A stretch of DNA of 64,000 bases from Gammaproteobacteria bacterium (GCA_040375445.1 JBEISK010000002.1:30459-94458); one strand, 5' to 3'. Counted from the first letter of the stretch, positions 47,198-57,068 are shown. The notes: generated by a model from the sequence alone, not told the origin. Numbers and translations are program-made.

Positions 47198-49117
47198 GTG
47201 GTTATGTCAGACTTATCGCCTCTCACTAGTTCTGAAACGGAAACGACTCGCAACTTGGCGTTGTTACAACGTTTGAGCTTGGCGGTGAATACCAGCGTCT
47301 TGCAAGACGACATCTTCGACGCCATTGGCTTAGTCTTACGAGACTTCTTTCAGTTTGACGGCTTAACGCTCGCCATTCTCGCCCCGAACTTACAAGGCAT
47401 CGGCAGAGTCATTCACATCGACAGCGACGGCTTTGCGGACACACAAAGCGAGTATCATCGCTATACAGGCACGGATCCTTTGCTTGAACCGTTGTTGAGC
47501 TATCGTAATACCCCGTTTTTCCTCAAGCCTGCAGAAAATCCTGCGAGCATTTTATTGCCCAACTATCGATGCCACGCCTTGGTCTACCCCGTGTTTACCA
47601 AGCGTCAGCCTGTGGGTATTTTGGTGATGAACCGCCAAGAACGCTTTGAAGCCTTCACCCCTGAAGAGCAAACCTTGCTTGAAGTGGGCTTGCCTTTGCT
47701 GGCACTTGCCCTTGAACAAGCCCGTTTGTACAGCGATATGCAAATTTTAATGGGTCGTCAATTTTTGATGAATCACTTGAGTGTGAAGATTCGTCAAAGT
47801 TTAGAGTTAACGCAGATTTTGAAAACTGCCGCCAATGAAGTGGGGCAAGTCTTGGGCGTCAGCCGATGCACCATTCACGCCTTTAATGAACCGATCCCCT
47901 TGAATCAAGCACTGGATGTCTCTCAAGCCAAGATTCCTGAAAGCACGCCGTATAGTTATACACTCGCAGGTACGGGGGCGTATCGGGCTAATCCCCATTA
48001 CACGCATCCTTATGGGTTTGAATGGCAAGTCTTAACGCGTCAAACCATCCCTGAAGAGGTCTTGCACAATCAACTCAAGCCCTTTTTCTTCTTTCAAGAC
48101 GGCAACCCCTTCCACGAAGGCTGGATGGCAAGCAAAGCCTTTTATGATGAAAATCAGTTGCAGTCGCTTGCGGTTGTGCCGATTGTCACGAATAAAGAAT
48201 GGGTAGGTTCGATTAGTTTACATCAGTGCAACAAGGTACGAGTTTGGTTGACTGAAGACAAGGAGATGCTGTCCGCCTTAAGCGAGCAGTTGGGGTTGGC
48301 GATGACGCAAGCTCAATTGTTTAGTAAAATCAACGCCCAAAAAGATGCCCTCACTCACACGCTTGATGAATTGCAACAAACGCAAATGCACTTGGTGCAA
48401 TCTGAAAAAATGGCGATGCTTGGTCAATTTGTCGCGGGGATTGCTCACGAAGTCAATACGCCGTTAGGCACGATTATGGCGAATACGCAGACCCTTGAAA
48501 AAGTATTAGACAAGTTCGATACAGACACTTTGCCTGAAGCCAAGTATCTTAAAATGGCGAGCGATATTTTAAGCTTGAACCGTCTGGCAGGGGAACGCAT
48601 TAAAGACACGGTGGTGAACCTCCGCAATTTTGCACGGCTGGATGAAAGCGAGCTAAAAACGGTGGACATCCACGAAGGGCTAGAAAGCACTTTGTTGCTG
48701 ATGAAGCATTCCTTGCAGGATCACCTCATCATTGAACGAGCTTACGATCGTGAAAATGCCTTTTTGAAGTGCTTCCCTGGCTTGTTGAACCAAGTGTTTA
48801 TGAACCTGATGGTGAATGCCACGCATGCCCTTGAAGGGCGAGACAATCCTGTGTTACGGATTGAAACCCAGTTGGTGGAAGATGTGGCGTTAGGCGATTG
48901 CTTGCAAGTTTCTGTGGTGGACAACGGCAAGGGTATTCTTGAAGAAAACTTGAGCAAGTTGTTTGATCCAGGCTTTACGACCAAGAGCCGTGGGGTAGGA
49001 ACGGGCTTGGGGCTGGCGTTGTGCTTCCGCATTGTGGAAAAGCATCGGGGGCGTATCGATGTGCATAGTAGCATCAATGTCGGCACACGCTTTGATGTCA
49101 TTATCCCTCGCACTTAA
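47198..49117 (+). CDS. sensor histidine kinase with tandem GAF domains
   Basis: Two GAF-like regions, a HisKA domain with the His box (AGIAHEVNTPLGTI), and an HATPase_c domain (NLMVNATHAL...DNGKGI...GTGLGL). The true start is probably ATG 47204. Confidence 0.8.
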   Translation: MVMSDLSPLTSSETETTRNLALLQRLSLAVNTSVLQDDIFDAIGLVLRDFFQFDGLTLAILAPNLQGIGRVIHIDSDGFADTQSEYHRYTGTDPLLEPLLSYRNTPFFLKPAENPASILLPNYRCHALVYPVFTKRQPVGILVMNRQERFEAFTPEEQTLLEVGLPLLALALEQARLYSDMQILMGRQFLMNHLSVKIRQSLELTQILKTAANEVGQVLGVSRCTIHAFNEPIPLNQALDVSQAKIPESTPYSYTLAGTGAYRANPHYTHPYGFEWQVLTRQTIPEEVLHNQLKPFFFFQDGNPFHEGWMASKAFYDENQLQSLAVVPIVTNKEWVGSISLHQCNKVRVWLTEDKEMLSALSEQLGLAMTQAQLFSKINAQKDALTHTLDELQQTQMHLVQSEKMAMLGQFVAGIAHEVNTPLGTIMANTQTLEKVLDKFDTDTLPEAKYLKMASDILSLNRLAGERIKDTVVNLRNFARLDESELKTVDIHEGLESTLLLMKHSLQDHLIIERAYDRENAFLKCFPGLLNQVFMNLMVNATHALEGRDNPVLRIETQLVEDVALGDCLQVSVVDNGKGILEENLSKLFDPGFTTKSRGVGTGLGLALCFRIVEKHRGRIDVHSSINVGTRFDVIIPRT

Positions 49118-49126
49118 TACCAATTC

Positions 49127-49256
49127 AAAGATTAAATAGCGTCTGGCGTCTTCGTTGTCGCTACGATTCTCGATGTGCTTATGTACGTCTCTGAACACTT
49201 CACACATCTGCGAGTCTAGGCTCCTAGAATCCACCTATACGCTATTCAATCTTTGA
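49127..49256 (+). repeat. repeat family B, copy 2
   Basis: Terminal inverted repeat aaagattaaatagcgt...acgctattcaatcttt. Sits between the convergent histidine kinase and glyS genes. Confidence 0.7.
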
Positions 49257-49267
49257 AATGGTATAAT

Positions 49268-51367
49268 TTACGCCAAAACGAGCAAACTCAAACGACCGTA
49301 GCGTTGCAGATACGCCGTATGCAAGGCCGACAACAAATCCAAGCGGTTTTGACGGATCGCTAGATTGTCACTCATCACCATGACCTCTTCAAAAAACCGT
49401 TCCACCACAGGAGCCAGTTCCGCCATCGCTACCGTACTATTTTGAATCAGGGCTTTATTCGCCGCATGATACAAGGCACGCTCCGCATCTGATTCGAGCA
49501 AAGATTCTTCCACCTTCGCCAAGGTCGCATTGGGGTTATAATGCTTGGCGATCATTTTGTCGATGCGATTGGCGGGCGTGTACAAGGCATCGAATAGGTC
49601 GGGGGCGTCGTCCCGCTTGACTTTAAGGTTGTCAAGTTTCGCCACAAACAGGGGCAAGTCTTCCCATGGACTAAAGCTGGCTTGCACCGACTGGATGAGA
49701 TCTACGCTGTAGCCTTGTTCTTGAAGGTAAGATGCCAAACGCTGTTGCATAAAGCCTCTGGTGCGTTGCCACGTGGCATCCCACGATTCTTGAGCCAAAT
49801 CCCCCAAGTTTTCATAGCTATGTTGACACCAGACTTGTAAATTATTGTGAAGGTTAAACGCCAAAATACTCAACAAGACGCCGTTCACCAAACGACGCAA
49901 GCCCAAGGGATCTTTGGATCCACTGGGCATTTTCGTTTTGCTTTGGCTGAATAAGGCAACCAAGGTATCGAGCTTGTCGGCAAGGCTGATGATGAGTCCT
50001 GTGGGCGATTCAGGCAAGGCATCGCCTTGAAAACGAGGCAAGTAATGCTCAAAAATGGCGGTAGCTACAGTAGGGGATTCTCCCTGCTGTAAAGCGTAAT
50101 ACATCCCGACTTCGCCTTGAAGTTCCGTGAGTTCAAACACCATCGAGGTGACGAGATCGGTTTTACAGAGTAAGGATGCTCGTTCCACCGCTTGACGTGT
50201 TTCCGCATCAACGGCTAACGCTTCGGCAAAGGCATAGCTCAAGCGTTGAATCCGCTGGGTTTTGGCTTTGAGTGAGCCTAGACCTTTTTGGAAGGTCACG
50301 CCGTCTAAAGCGGTGAGCCTGTCTTCTAAAGGGGTTTTGATGTCCTCTTCATAGAAGAACTTGGCATCTTCAAAGCGAGCGACCAAGACACGTTCGTTGC
50401 CTGCGATGATGTTTTTTGCAAAGCGGACGTCTCCGTTGGTGGCGACCAAGAAGTAAGGCAAAAGTTCGCCTGATGCACTTTCCACAGGGAAGTAGCGTTG
50501 GTGAGCCTTCATCACGGTGATGAGAACAGGCTTGGGGATTTTCAAGTAGCTGGCGTCAAACTGCCCGACAATCACACTGGGGTATTCGAGGATGTTGGCG
50601 ACTTCTTCAAGCAGTTCGTCATCCACAATCGCCACACCACCGATGCCTTTGGCGACTTCCGCCAACTGCTCTTTAACCGTTGCCATGCGTGCTTCGGTGG
50701 ACAAAATCACCTTCCCTAAGGACGCCAGCTTTTCGTCGTAATCCGCAGGAGAATCCACCGCAATATCGGCTTGCCCCAAGAGGCGATGCCCACGAGTGCT
50801 ATTGCCGGAAACGAGGGTGTCATCCCCTAAGTCAAGGGAAAGAGGCAGACGCTCGTCATTCCAAAAGGCGAGCAACCAGCGAATGGGACGAGGAAAGAGG
50901 CGTGAATTGTTCGCCCACCGCATAAAACGAGGCCCTTCAATCGATAGTACCGCATCCAACACAAGCGATCCGATAAGATCTTTAACGGCCTGCCCTGCAT
51001 GACGTTGATGCAAAACCACATAGCGAGTGCCTCCGATGTCTTCTTGTACGCAGGCGTCGAAAGTGGCATTGTTTTTGCGTAAAAAGCCGTCGAGGGCTTT
51101 ACTGGGGGAGCCGTCTGCGTCGAAGGCGACTTGAACAGGCGGCCCTTTGATGACTTCGTTTCGCTCGGCTTGAGCGTCAGGCAGTCCGTTTAGGCGAATC
51201 ACCAAGCGACGTGGCGTTTTTTCGATGTGAATGCTTGTACCGACAAGTCCAACCGCTTCCAAACGTTTTTCAATGGCTTGGCTTAAGGCGTTCTGCACGG
51301 TGGCTAAAAAGCCCGCAGGGAGTTCTTCGCATCCGATTTCAAAAAAAGCTTGATTTGACATGGCCAT
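49268..51367 (-). CDS. glyS: glycine--tRNA ligase beta subunit
   Basis: MAMSNQAFFEIGCEELPAGFL and the full-length beta-subunit architecture. No glyQ adjacent. Confidence 0.9.
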   Translation of the reverse strand: MAMSNQAFFEIGCEELPAGFLATVQNALSQAIEKRLEAVGLVGTSIHIEKTPRRLVIRLNGLPDAQAERNEVIKGPPVQVAFDADGSPSKALDGFLRKNNATFDACVQEDIGGTRYVVLHQRHAGQAVKDLIGSLVLDAVLSIEGPRFMRWANNSRLFPRPIRWLLAFWNDERLPLSLDLGDDTLVSGNSTRGHRLLGQADIAVDSPADYDEKLASLGKVILSTEARMATVKEQLAEVAKGIGGVAIVDDELLEEVANILEYPSVIVGQFDASYLKIPKPVLITVMKAHQRYFPVESASGELLPYFLVATNGDVRFAKNIIAGNERVLVARFEDAKFFYEEDIKTPLEDRLTALDGVTFQKGLGSLKAKTQRIQRLSYAFAEALAVDAETRQAVERASLLCKTDLVTSMVFELTELQGEVGMYYALQQGESPTVATAIFEHYLPRFQGDALPESPTGLIISLADKLDTLVALFSQSKTKMPSGSKDPLGLRRLVNGVLLSILAFNLHNNLQVWCQHSYENLGDLAQESWDATWQRTRGFMQQRLASYLQEQGYSVDLIQSVQASFSPWEDLPLFVAKLDNLKVKRDDAPDLFDALYTPANRIDKMIAKHYNPNATLAKVEESLLESDAERALYHAANKALIQNSTVAMAELAPVVERFFEEVMVMSDNLAIRQNRLDLLSALHTAYLQRYGRLSLLVLA

Positions 51368-51473
51368 TTCCTTTCACACAATCATGCGTTCATTATCGTA
51401 CAAAACAGTGAGAAAGACAAGGCAAAACGCCTCCTGTCAAGACAAGAGGCGGATGCGATAGTGTGGGGATACA

Positions 51474-52619
51474 TTACCAACCGTCGTTGCTTGGAGTGCC
51501 GTGGGCGACTAGCTCGGGTTGTTGCATCGTTGGTAGACTTGGAGCTGCCCACGCATCAGACGGTGGGATTGCGGCGTTTGTCGGGGTAGGCATGGTTTCT
51601 TGTGGGGCGAAGGTAAACGGCTGTGCGACAGGTGGAGCAAAGGTCGTTTGAGCAGGCATTAGAGTAGGTGAGATGTTATTGCCTGCTGCAAGGGGGAGGG
51701 GATTGGAACCCAAACCTAACAGTATTTCCTGAGACTGCGGCAACGGAGGAAGTGAACCTAACAGAGACAACTGAGGCGGCGGCAACTGAGAAGCGAAACT
51801 CGGTGAACCCAACGGCGACAACTGAGGAAGTGAACCCAACGAAGACGATAATGGCGGCAATGCCTGTGATGATTGAAGTCGTACAATCTCTTGTTGTAAC
51901 TTAAGGGCTTTAGCTTGATCTCGATTCGTATCGGCGGTGTTGGTGTTGCTGGTGGCGGTTTCGGTTTTGTTACCCATTAAACCTTGCAATAGCGGCAAGC
52001 CTGCTTTAATCAGGTCTCCTAAGCCATTATCTGCACCGTCTTCTGGGTCGTCTGTGGTGTCTTTGTCAGGCTCGATACCATATTTTTCAAATTGAGCCTT
52101 TAAGTTGCTTAATTCATCATCCGTACTTTTGGCACCGCCATGCCTAAGGGCGTTGGCAGAAAGTGTAGCATACAGTTCATTGGGATTCGCACCATTTTTC
52201 AGTTCAGCAGTAAAGTCTTCCACAAAGCTATTGCGTTCTTTACTCTTGACTTCACCATCTTTATCTGCATCCATGAGTTGAAGTGTACGAGATAGTTCAA
52301 CATAACTCATACCACGTTGGGCTAGGCTTGTAAATAATTTGTCAAACATTGTGGTACTTAAGTCTTGCCCTTCAAATAAGGGCATTTCTTTTGCTTCTTT
52401 GGCACTTAGGTAACCGTCACGATTAGTGTCGTATTCTCTAACTAAATCTTTTGCTTGGGTGTTATAGTTTGCCAGTTGCTTAGACGTAAGTTGATCGCTG
52501 GTGTCGGTCGTCGTTTTTGTTTTGGTGGTATTCATACTACCTAAGGCAGTCACAATAGAACTCATAAAATCATTAGCCATTATTATATTCTCACTAGGGT
52601 TGTGGGGGGGGGTGAACAA
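51474..52619 (-). CDS. EF-hand protein with a Pro/Leu/Ser-rich C-terminal tail (third family member)
   Basis: Loops DTNRDGYLSAKE and DADKDGEVKSKE. The tail carries PxxP-type repeats (SQALPPLSSSLGSLPQLSPLGSP...). Confidence 0.55.
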   Translation of the reverse strand: MFTPPHNPSENIIMANDFMSSIVTALGSMNTTKTKTTTDTSDQLTSKQLANYNTQAKDLVREYDTNRDGYLSAKEAKEMPLFEGQDLSTTMFDKLFTSLAQRGMSYVELSRTLQLMDADKDGEVKSKERNSFVEDFTAELKNGANPNELYATLSANALRHGGAKSTDDELSNLKAQFEKYGIEPDKDTTDDPEDGADNGLGDLIKAGLPLLQGLMGNKTETATSNTNTADTNRDQAKALKLQQEIVRLQSSQALPPLSSSLGSLPQLSPLGSPSFASQLPPPQLSLLGSLPPLPQSQEILLGLGSNPLPLAAGNNISPTLMPAQTTFAPPVAQPFTFAPQETMPTPTNAAIPPSDAWAAPSLPTMQQPELVAHGTPSNDGW

Positions 52620-52752
52620 AAGGGGATTCGCTTTTCGTTGAAAGCGGTTGTGCCTTAATAAAGGTTCCCGTCACCCCAAAATTGACAAATTGTTACATTC
52701 GTTTATAAAAACAAAAAATTGTAGACTGCTCTGTAAAAGTGAATTTTGCTCT

Positions 52753-52883
52753 GTCCCCCCTCCTAATTTTAGGAGGGGGTTAGGGGGCGGTTAAATACAC
52801 AAACGAAGTCTAGGGTTTAACCTCACCCTCGAACGTCTTACGACGTTCTCTTCCCTCTCCTAAAATTAGGAGAGGGAACAGGA
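52753..52883 (+). repeat. repeat family A, copy 2
   Basis: cccccctcctaattttaggagggggttagggggcggttaaa...gaagtctagggtttaacctcaccctcgaacgtct..cgacgttctcttccctctcctaaaattaggagaggg. Confidence 0.75.
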
Positions 52884-53042
52884 CTTTCTATAGAGAAAAC
52901 GTGGGTTTTCAGCACTAGACGACACGCCGAAAACGTGTCAAACTGAAAAAGAGTAGCTCCTTGAAAACCAAAGAACAAATCGGAACTCGTCATCCTGAAC
53001 GCATGTGAAGGATCTCCCCACGCAGAAATGACGAATTATCTT

Positions 53043-53213
53043 GACTTTCGTGGGTCGAAAATCGGACTTTCATGGCCAAAAAACAGACTTTCATGGGCCA
53101 AAAATCGGACTTTCATGGGTCGAAAATCGGACTTTCATGGCCAGAAAACAGACTTTCGTGGCCAGAAAACAGACTTTCATGGGTCATAAAGTCGACTTTT
53201 GTGGGTCGAAATT
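53043..53213 (+). repeat. array of about eight direct tandem repeats of 21-22 bp (consensus gactttcatggscmaaaaayvg)
   Basis: Units: gactttcgtgggtcgaaaatcg, gactttcatggccaaaaaaca, gactttcatgggccaaaaatcg, gactttcatgggtcgaaaatcg, gactttcatggccagaaaaca, gactttcgtggccagaaaaca, gactttcatgggtcataaagtc, gacttttgtgggtcgaaatta. No spacers, so this is not a CRISPR array. Confidence 0.85.
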
Positions 53214-53230
53214 ACCCTTATTTATACCAT

Positions 53231-53364
53231 TTAAACGAGTGAATAGCGTGTTAGGCTATTCTAGGAGCCTAGATTTTTTTTGTGAGGGCGTGTAGTGAGA
53301 CCTACATAACGGAACAAAAAAATCGTAGCGACAACGAAGAGACAACACGACATTTAATCGTTTA
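53231..53364 (-). repeat. repeat family B, copy 3 (inverted orientation)
   Basis: The reverse complement aligns with copy 2 (ctcttcgttgtcgctacgat..., tctaggctcctagaatagc, acgctattcactcgtttaa). It overlaps the stop codon of the 53362-54270 gene. Confidence 0.65.
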
Positions 53365-54270
53365 ATTGGTATTTCGGTAGGATTCAAACTTCGACTCATC
53401 CAAATCCCACGCCTCTTTCGGAGGGATCGGTAACTTATTGAGAGGATTTAAATTGCGAACCACCCCATAATCGATCGCTGTGGCCTTCCAGTATTCCTGA
53501 AAAACCTCATGCCCCAAACGACTCACCCATGTATTGGCGGAAGGCTCGTCATAGACGGAAAGCGTTGCTCCCACCATGCGATCAGTCGGCAAGCGAAACT
53601 CGCCCTGCCACTGATGCACGACTTGGTAAATGCCTGTTGAACTGCGGTCAAAACGCTGAATGTCCACATCCACATAGCCCATGGCTTCTTCGTTTAAATT
53701 ACCTTCAAACCAGCTCATAATCCGCTTCCAGCGAGACGGCGGACGGTACGGACGGGTAAAATCTAAGTCGGCTCGTACCACCAAGACCCGATCCACCCCT
53801 GTAAACGCTAGGGATGACGACGCACAGAGTTCTTTGTAGGTTTTACACAAGGCACTATTTAAGCCCTTCATATCGGTAATGCCGAAATTGGCTTTATTGT
53901 TCATTTTGCTTAAAAAACGGGCTCGCTCATCGAGCTTATTGCCTATACGGTACGCTTCGGTGGCTTGTAACGGCGACAAATACGACTGCTTGCCTTGGCC
54001 CTTTAAGGCAAGGGCGAGATCACGAGTTAGCACGCCGCCGATGAGCGTGCCGAGATCGCCGTAGGCTTTGGCGTCTTTGTGTTGGGGTTCAACAGCTAAA
54101 ACAAGCGTCGCTTTAGGATCCGTTTCGGGGTTGGGGGGGCGTTTATACTCCCCTTTATAGTCGGCTCCCCACGCAGAAGCACTGACGCCGACCATTAAGG
54201 CCGAAAGTAACACCACGCAAATCAATGAAAATAAGTGTTTGAACATGGTCTTTCCCTCTTGTTTAGGCAC
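53362..54270 (-). CDS. secreted hypothetical protein
   Basis: Signal peptide (FKHLFSLICVVLLSALMVGVSASA). No recognised domain. Confidence 0.5.
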   Translation of the reverse strand: MPKQEGKTMFKHLFSLICVVLLSALMVGVSASAWGADYKGEYKRPPNPETDPKATLVLAVEPQHKDAKAYGDLGTLIGGVLTRDLALALKGQGKQSYLSPLQATEAYRIGNKLDERARFLSKMNNKANFGITDMKGLNSALCKTYKELCASSSLAFTGVDRVLVVRADLDFTRPYRPPSRWKRIMSWFEGNLNEEAMGYVDVDIQRFDRSSTGIYQVVHQWQGEFRLPTDRMVGATLSVYDEPSANTWVSRLGHEVFQEYWKATAIDYGVVRNLNPLNKLPIPPKEAWDLDESKFESYRNTN

Positions 54271-54368
54271 AATCTTTGCAATGGATCCCTGTTTTCTATA
54301 TAATTATGACAGATACCCCCTCTTTCCCCCTTCACCTCAAGACGTATTTATAGGAGTCCCCCCTGCCC

Positions 54369-55676
54369 ATGATTGAACGCTATTCCCTGCCTGCGATGTC
54401 CGCCCTATGGACGCCTGAAGCCAAGTTCGACGCCTGGTTGCTCGTAGAACTCGCCGCCCTTGAAGCCCATGAAGCCCTCGGCAACGTGCCAAAAGGTGTC
54501 ACCGCTGAAATTCGTGAAAAGGCTCAATACAATATCGCTCGTATTGATGAAATTGAAGAAGAAGTGCGTCACGATGTCATCGCCTTTTTGACGAATGTGG
54601 CCGAATATGTGGGTGAAAATAGTCGTTTCGTGCATTTGGGCATGACCTCAAGCGATCTCATCGACACCGCCTTAAACGTGCAGATTCAAAACGCCAAGCC
54701 TGTTTTGTTGGAAAAATTGAACGCCCTTAAAAACACCTTGCTCCAACGGGCATGGGAACAGCAGTACACGGTGATGGTCGGTCGTAGTCACGGCATTCAC
54801 GGCGAACCCATTACCTTTGGCGCCAAGTTGCTCGTGTGGGTGGATGAACTCGAACGCGCCACGCACCGCATTGAAGCAGGCTTTGAAGAATGCCGTGTGG
54901 GCATGATTTCAGGTGCCATGGGGACTTACGCCCACTTGAGTCCGCAAGTGGAAGCCTTGACCTGTAAGGCTCTAGGACTTGAGGCGGTGAAAGCGTCCAC
55001 CCAAGTCATTCAACGAGACCGCCTCGCGAGTTTGATGAACGCCTTTGCGTTACTCGCCTCTTCGCTTGAAAAAATGGCGGTGGAAATACGCAACCTCCAA
55101 CGCACGGATGTCTTAGAAGTCGAAGAAGCCTTTGCCACTGGGCAAAAGGGCTCTTCGGCGATGCCCCATAAACGCAACCCGATTTCGAGCGAGAACATCA
55201 CGGGTTTGGCTCGCTTGATTCGTTCTTATGCCTTGCCGTGCATGGAAAATGTGGTGCTGTGGCATGAGCGAGACATTTCGCATTCTTCGGTTGAACGCAT
55301 CGTGGTGCCTGATGCCTTTACGCTTTTGCATTATATGTTGAATCGTTTTAACACGGTGATGCAAAATTTGGTGGTCTTTCCGCAGAACATGGAACGCAAC
55401 ATGAACATTTACGGCGGTGTGATTTTCAGCCAGCGTGTCTTATTGGCGTTGATTGATGCTGGGGTGAGTCGAGAGTTGGCGTATCGTTTGGTGCAACGCA
55501 ATGCCCATGCGGCGTGGAATGTGGAAGGCGGGCATTTTCGTCAAAACATTTTAGCAGATCAGGACGTGCTTGCCGTGTTAAGTGCAGAGTCGATTGACGC
55601 GTGTTTTGATCCCACACCCTTGCTCCAGCACATCGATGTGATGTTTGCTCGTTTCCCTAAGCCTGTCTTGGCTTAG
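54369..55676 (+). CDS. purB: adenylosuccinate lyase
   Basis: [20 protein letters not shown], fumarate-lyase signature [11 protein letters not shown]. Confidence 0.9.
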   Translation: MIERYSLPAMSALWTPEAKFDAWLLVELAALEAHEALGNVPKGVTAEIREKAQYNIARIDEIEEEVRHDVIAFLTNVAEYVGENSRFVHLGMTSSDLIDTALNVQIQNAKPVLLEKLNALKNTLLQRAWEQQYTVMVGRSHGIHGEPITFGAKLLVWVDELERATHRIEAGFEECRVGMISGAMGTYAHLSPQVEALTCKALGLEAVKASTQVIQRDRLASLMNAFALLASSLEKMAVEIRNLQRTDVLEVEEAFATGQKGSSAMPHKRNPISSENITGLARLIRSYALPCMENVVLWHERDISHSSVERIVVPDAFTLLHYMLNRFNTVMQNLVVFPQNMERNMNIYGGVIFSQRVLLALIDAGVSRELAYRLVQRNAHAAWNVEGGHFRQNILADQDVLAVLSAESIDACFDPTPLLQHIDVMFARFPKPVLA

Positions 55677-55780
55677 CCTTCTATACAAATAGCCTATTCG
55701 CCCTTTTCTGAAAAGAATGTTACAATTTCTTTACAAAGAAGGGCGAATCGAACGTTTCGGCGTTGTCCTGTTTGTTAGAG

Positions 55781-55890
55781 GAAATCAGCGATTAGGCTAT
55801 TCTAGGAGCTTAGATTTTTTGTGCGGGCGTGTAGGCAGAACTACATAACCAAACAAAAAATCGTAGCGACAACGAAGAGTCAATCGATGG
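55781..55890 (-). repeat. repeat family B, copy 4 (inverted orientation)
   Basis: ggctattctaggagcttagattttttgtg..gcgtgtag...ctacataac...aaaaaatcgtagcgacaacgaagag aligns almost base-for-base with copy 3. Confidence 0.6.
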
Positions 55891-56172
55891 TTTTATCTAA
55901 CGAATAGGATACATCCTCTTTGAGGTGTATCTTATATGAATCTACATCACACGGAGGGTATAAACCACTAGGTTATTTTCAAAAGCACCATAAGCTCCTA
56001 TACTTACAGTATGCCATAAGTTTTTGACCCTCCTTCAAGTGACGGGCAGCAACTTCCGCACGTTGTGAATAAGGGAATTGAAAAAATCTACAAGCCGTCA
56101 TGCCCTGTCGCCATGAAAGCGCTTGCTCCACAACATCAACGATTTACCCCCCAGCTTGACCAAAAAGGAGAG

Positions 56173-56901
56173 ATGACGTCCATGACGCTAAATCAAAACG
56201 AATTACAAGCCCCCATTCTTCGCATTATGGTGGTCGACGACAACGCCAATCACGCCGCAGGCATTAAGCAGTTGATTGAACTGCAATCCATGCACAAGGT
56301 GGTGGGTATTTGTAGCAATGGTGATGAAGCCGTGCGTCGAGTCGGGCATACGGAAGTCGACATCGTACTCATGGATATGAACATGCCTGAACTCGATGGT
56401 ATTTCCGCCATTCAACAGATTTTGGTCAAAAAGCCTGAAATCAAGATTTTAACGCTCACGGGTAGTGATGACCCTGACACCGTCTACAAAGCCATGCGTG
56501 CTGGCGGCAGGGGTTACATCCTCAAAACCATGATTACCACGCAGTTGATGCGTGCTTTAGAAGACATCAATGCAGGTCGCATCTTCATGCCGACTAGCAT
56601 TGCCACCAAGTTCTTTGACGAGTTCCACACGATTGTGCAGAAGGTATCAAAGCCTGATCCGCATCGTCAAGCCTTGTTGAGCCAGTTGACGTCTCGTGAA
56701 AAAGAGGTCTTGAAATTGTTGACGGAAGGCTTAACGTATAAGAGTATTTCCGATCGTTTGGTGATTTCTGAAACGACGGTGAAAACCCATGTGAACAACA
56801 TTTTCCAGAAATTGCAAGTGAACGATCGTACCCAAGCGGTCTTGTACGCCTTGAAGTTCGGTTTGGTGGACACCAGCGACAAATTGCCTAGCGTGGTATA
56901 G
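56173..56901 (+). CDS. NarL/FixJ-family response regulator (REC plus LuxR-type HTH)
   Basis: Start chosen at ATG 56173, preceded by AAAGGAGAG. ILRIMVVDDN...VLMDMNMPELDG, then LTSREKEVLKLLTEGLTYKSISDRLVISETTVKTHVNNIFQKL. Confidence 0.85.
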   Translation: MTSMTLNQNELQAPILRIMVVDDNANHAAGIKQLIELQSMHKVVGICSNGDEAVRRVGHTEVDIVLMDMNMPELDGISAIQQILVKKPEIKILTLTGSDDPDTVYKAMRAGGRGYILKTMITTQLMRALEDINAGRIFMPTSIATKFFDEFHTIVQKVSKPDPHRQALLSQLTSREKEVLKLLTEGLTYKSISDRLVISETTVKTHVNNIFQKLQVNDRTQAVLYALKFGLVDTSDKLPSVV

Positions 56902-56952
56902 TCGTTTTACAGCTATTTATAAACAGGGAAGAACTTGCGTTCTTCCCTGTTT

Positions 56953-57068
56953 GTTTTGGATCTCCCTAGCCCTCTCCTTGAGGAGAGGGCTAGGGAGAGG
57001 AGGGGGATTTGAAGAAACCATTGCGACATCTACTCCCCACCCCAACCCTCCCCTTAAAGGGGAGGGGG
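56953..57068. repeat. repeat family C, copy 1 (G/C-rich hairpin element)
   Basis: tccctagccctctccttgaggagagggctagggaga... then ccccaccccaaccctccccttaaaggggaggggggaaatccc, shared with the 62498 copy. Confidence 0.6.

Noticed and set aside
53041-53295. 84 aa ORF, and the idea that the 22-mer array is a CRISPR locus
   Set aside because: The ORF's peptide repeats simply reflect the DNA tandem repeat. The array has no spacers between repeats and no cas genes nearby, so it is not a CRISPR array.
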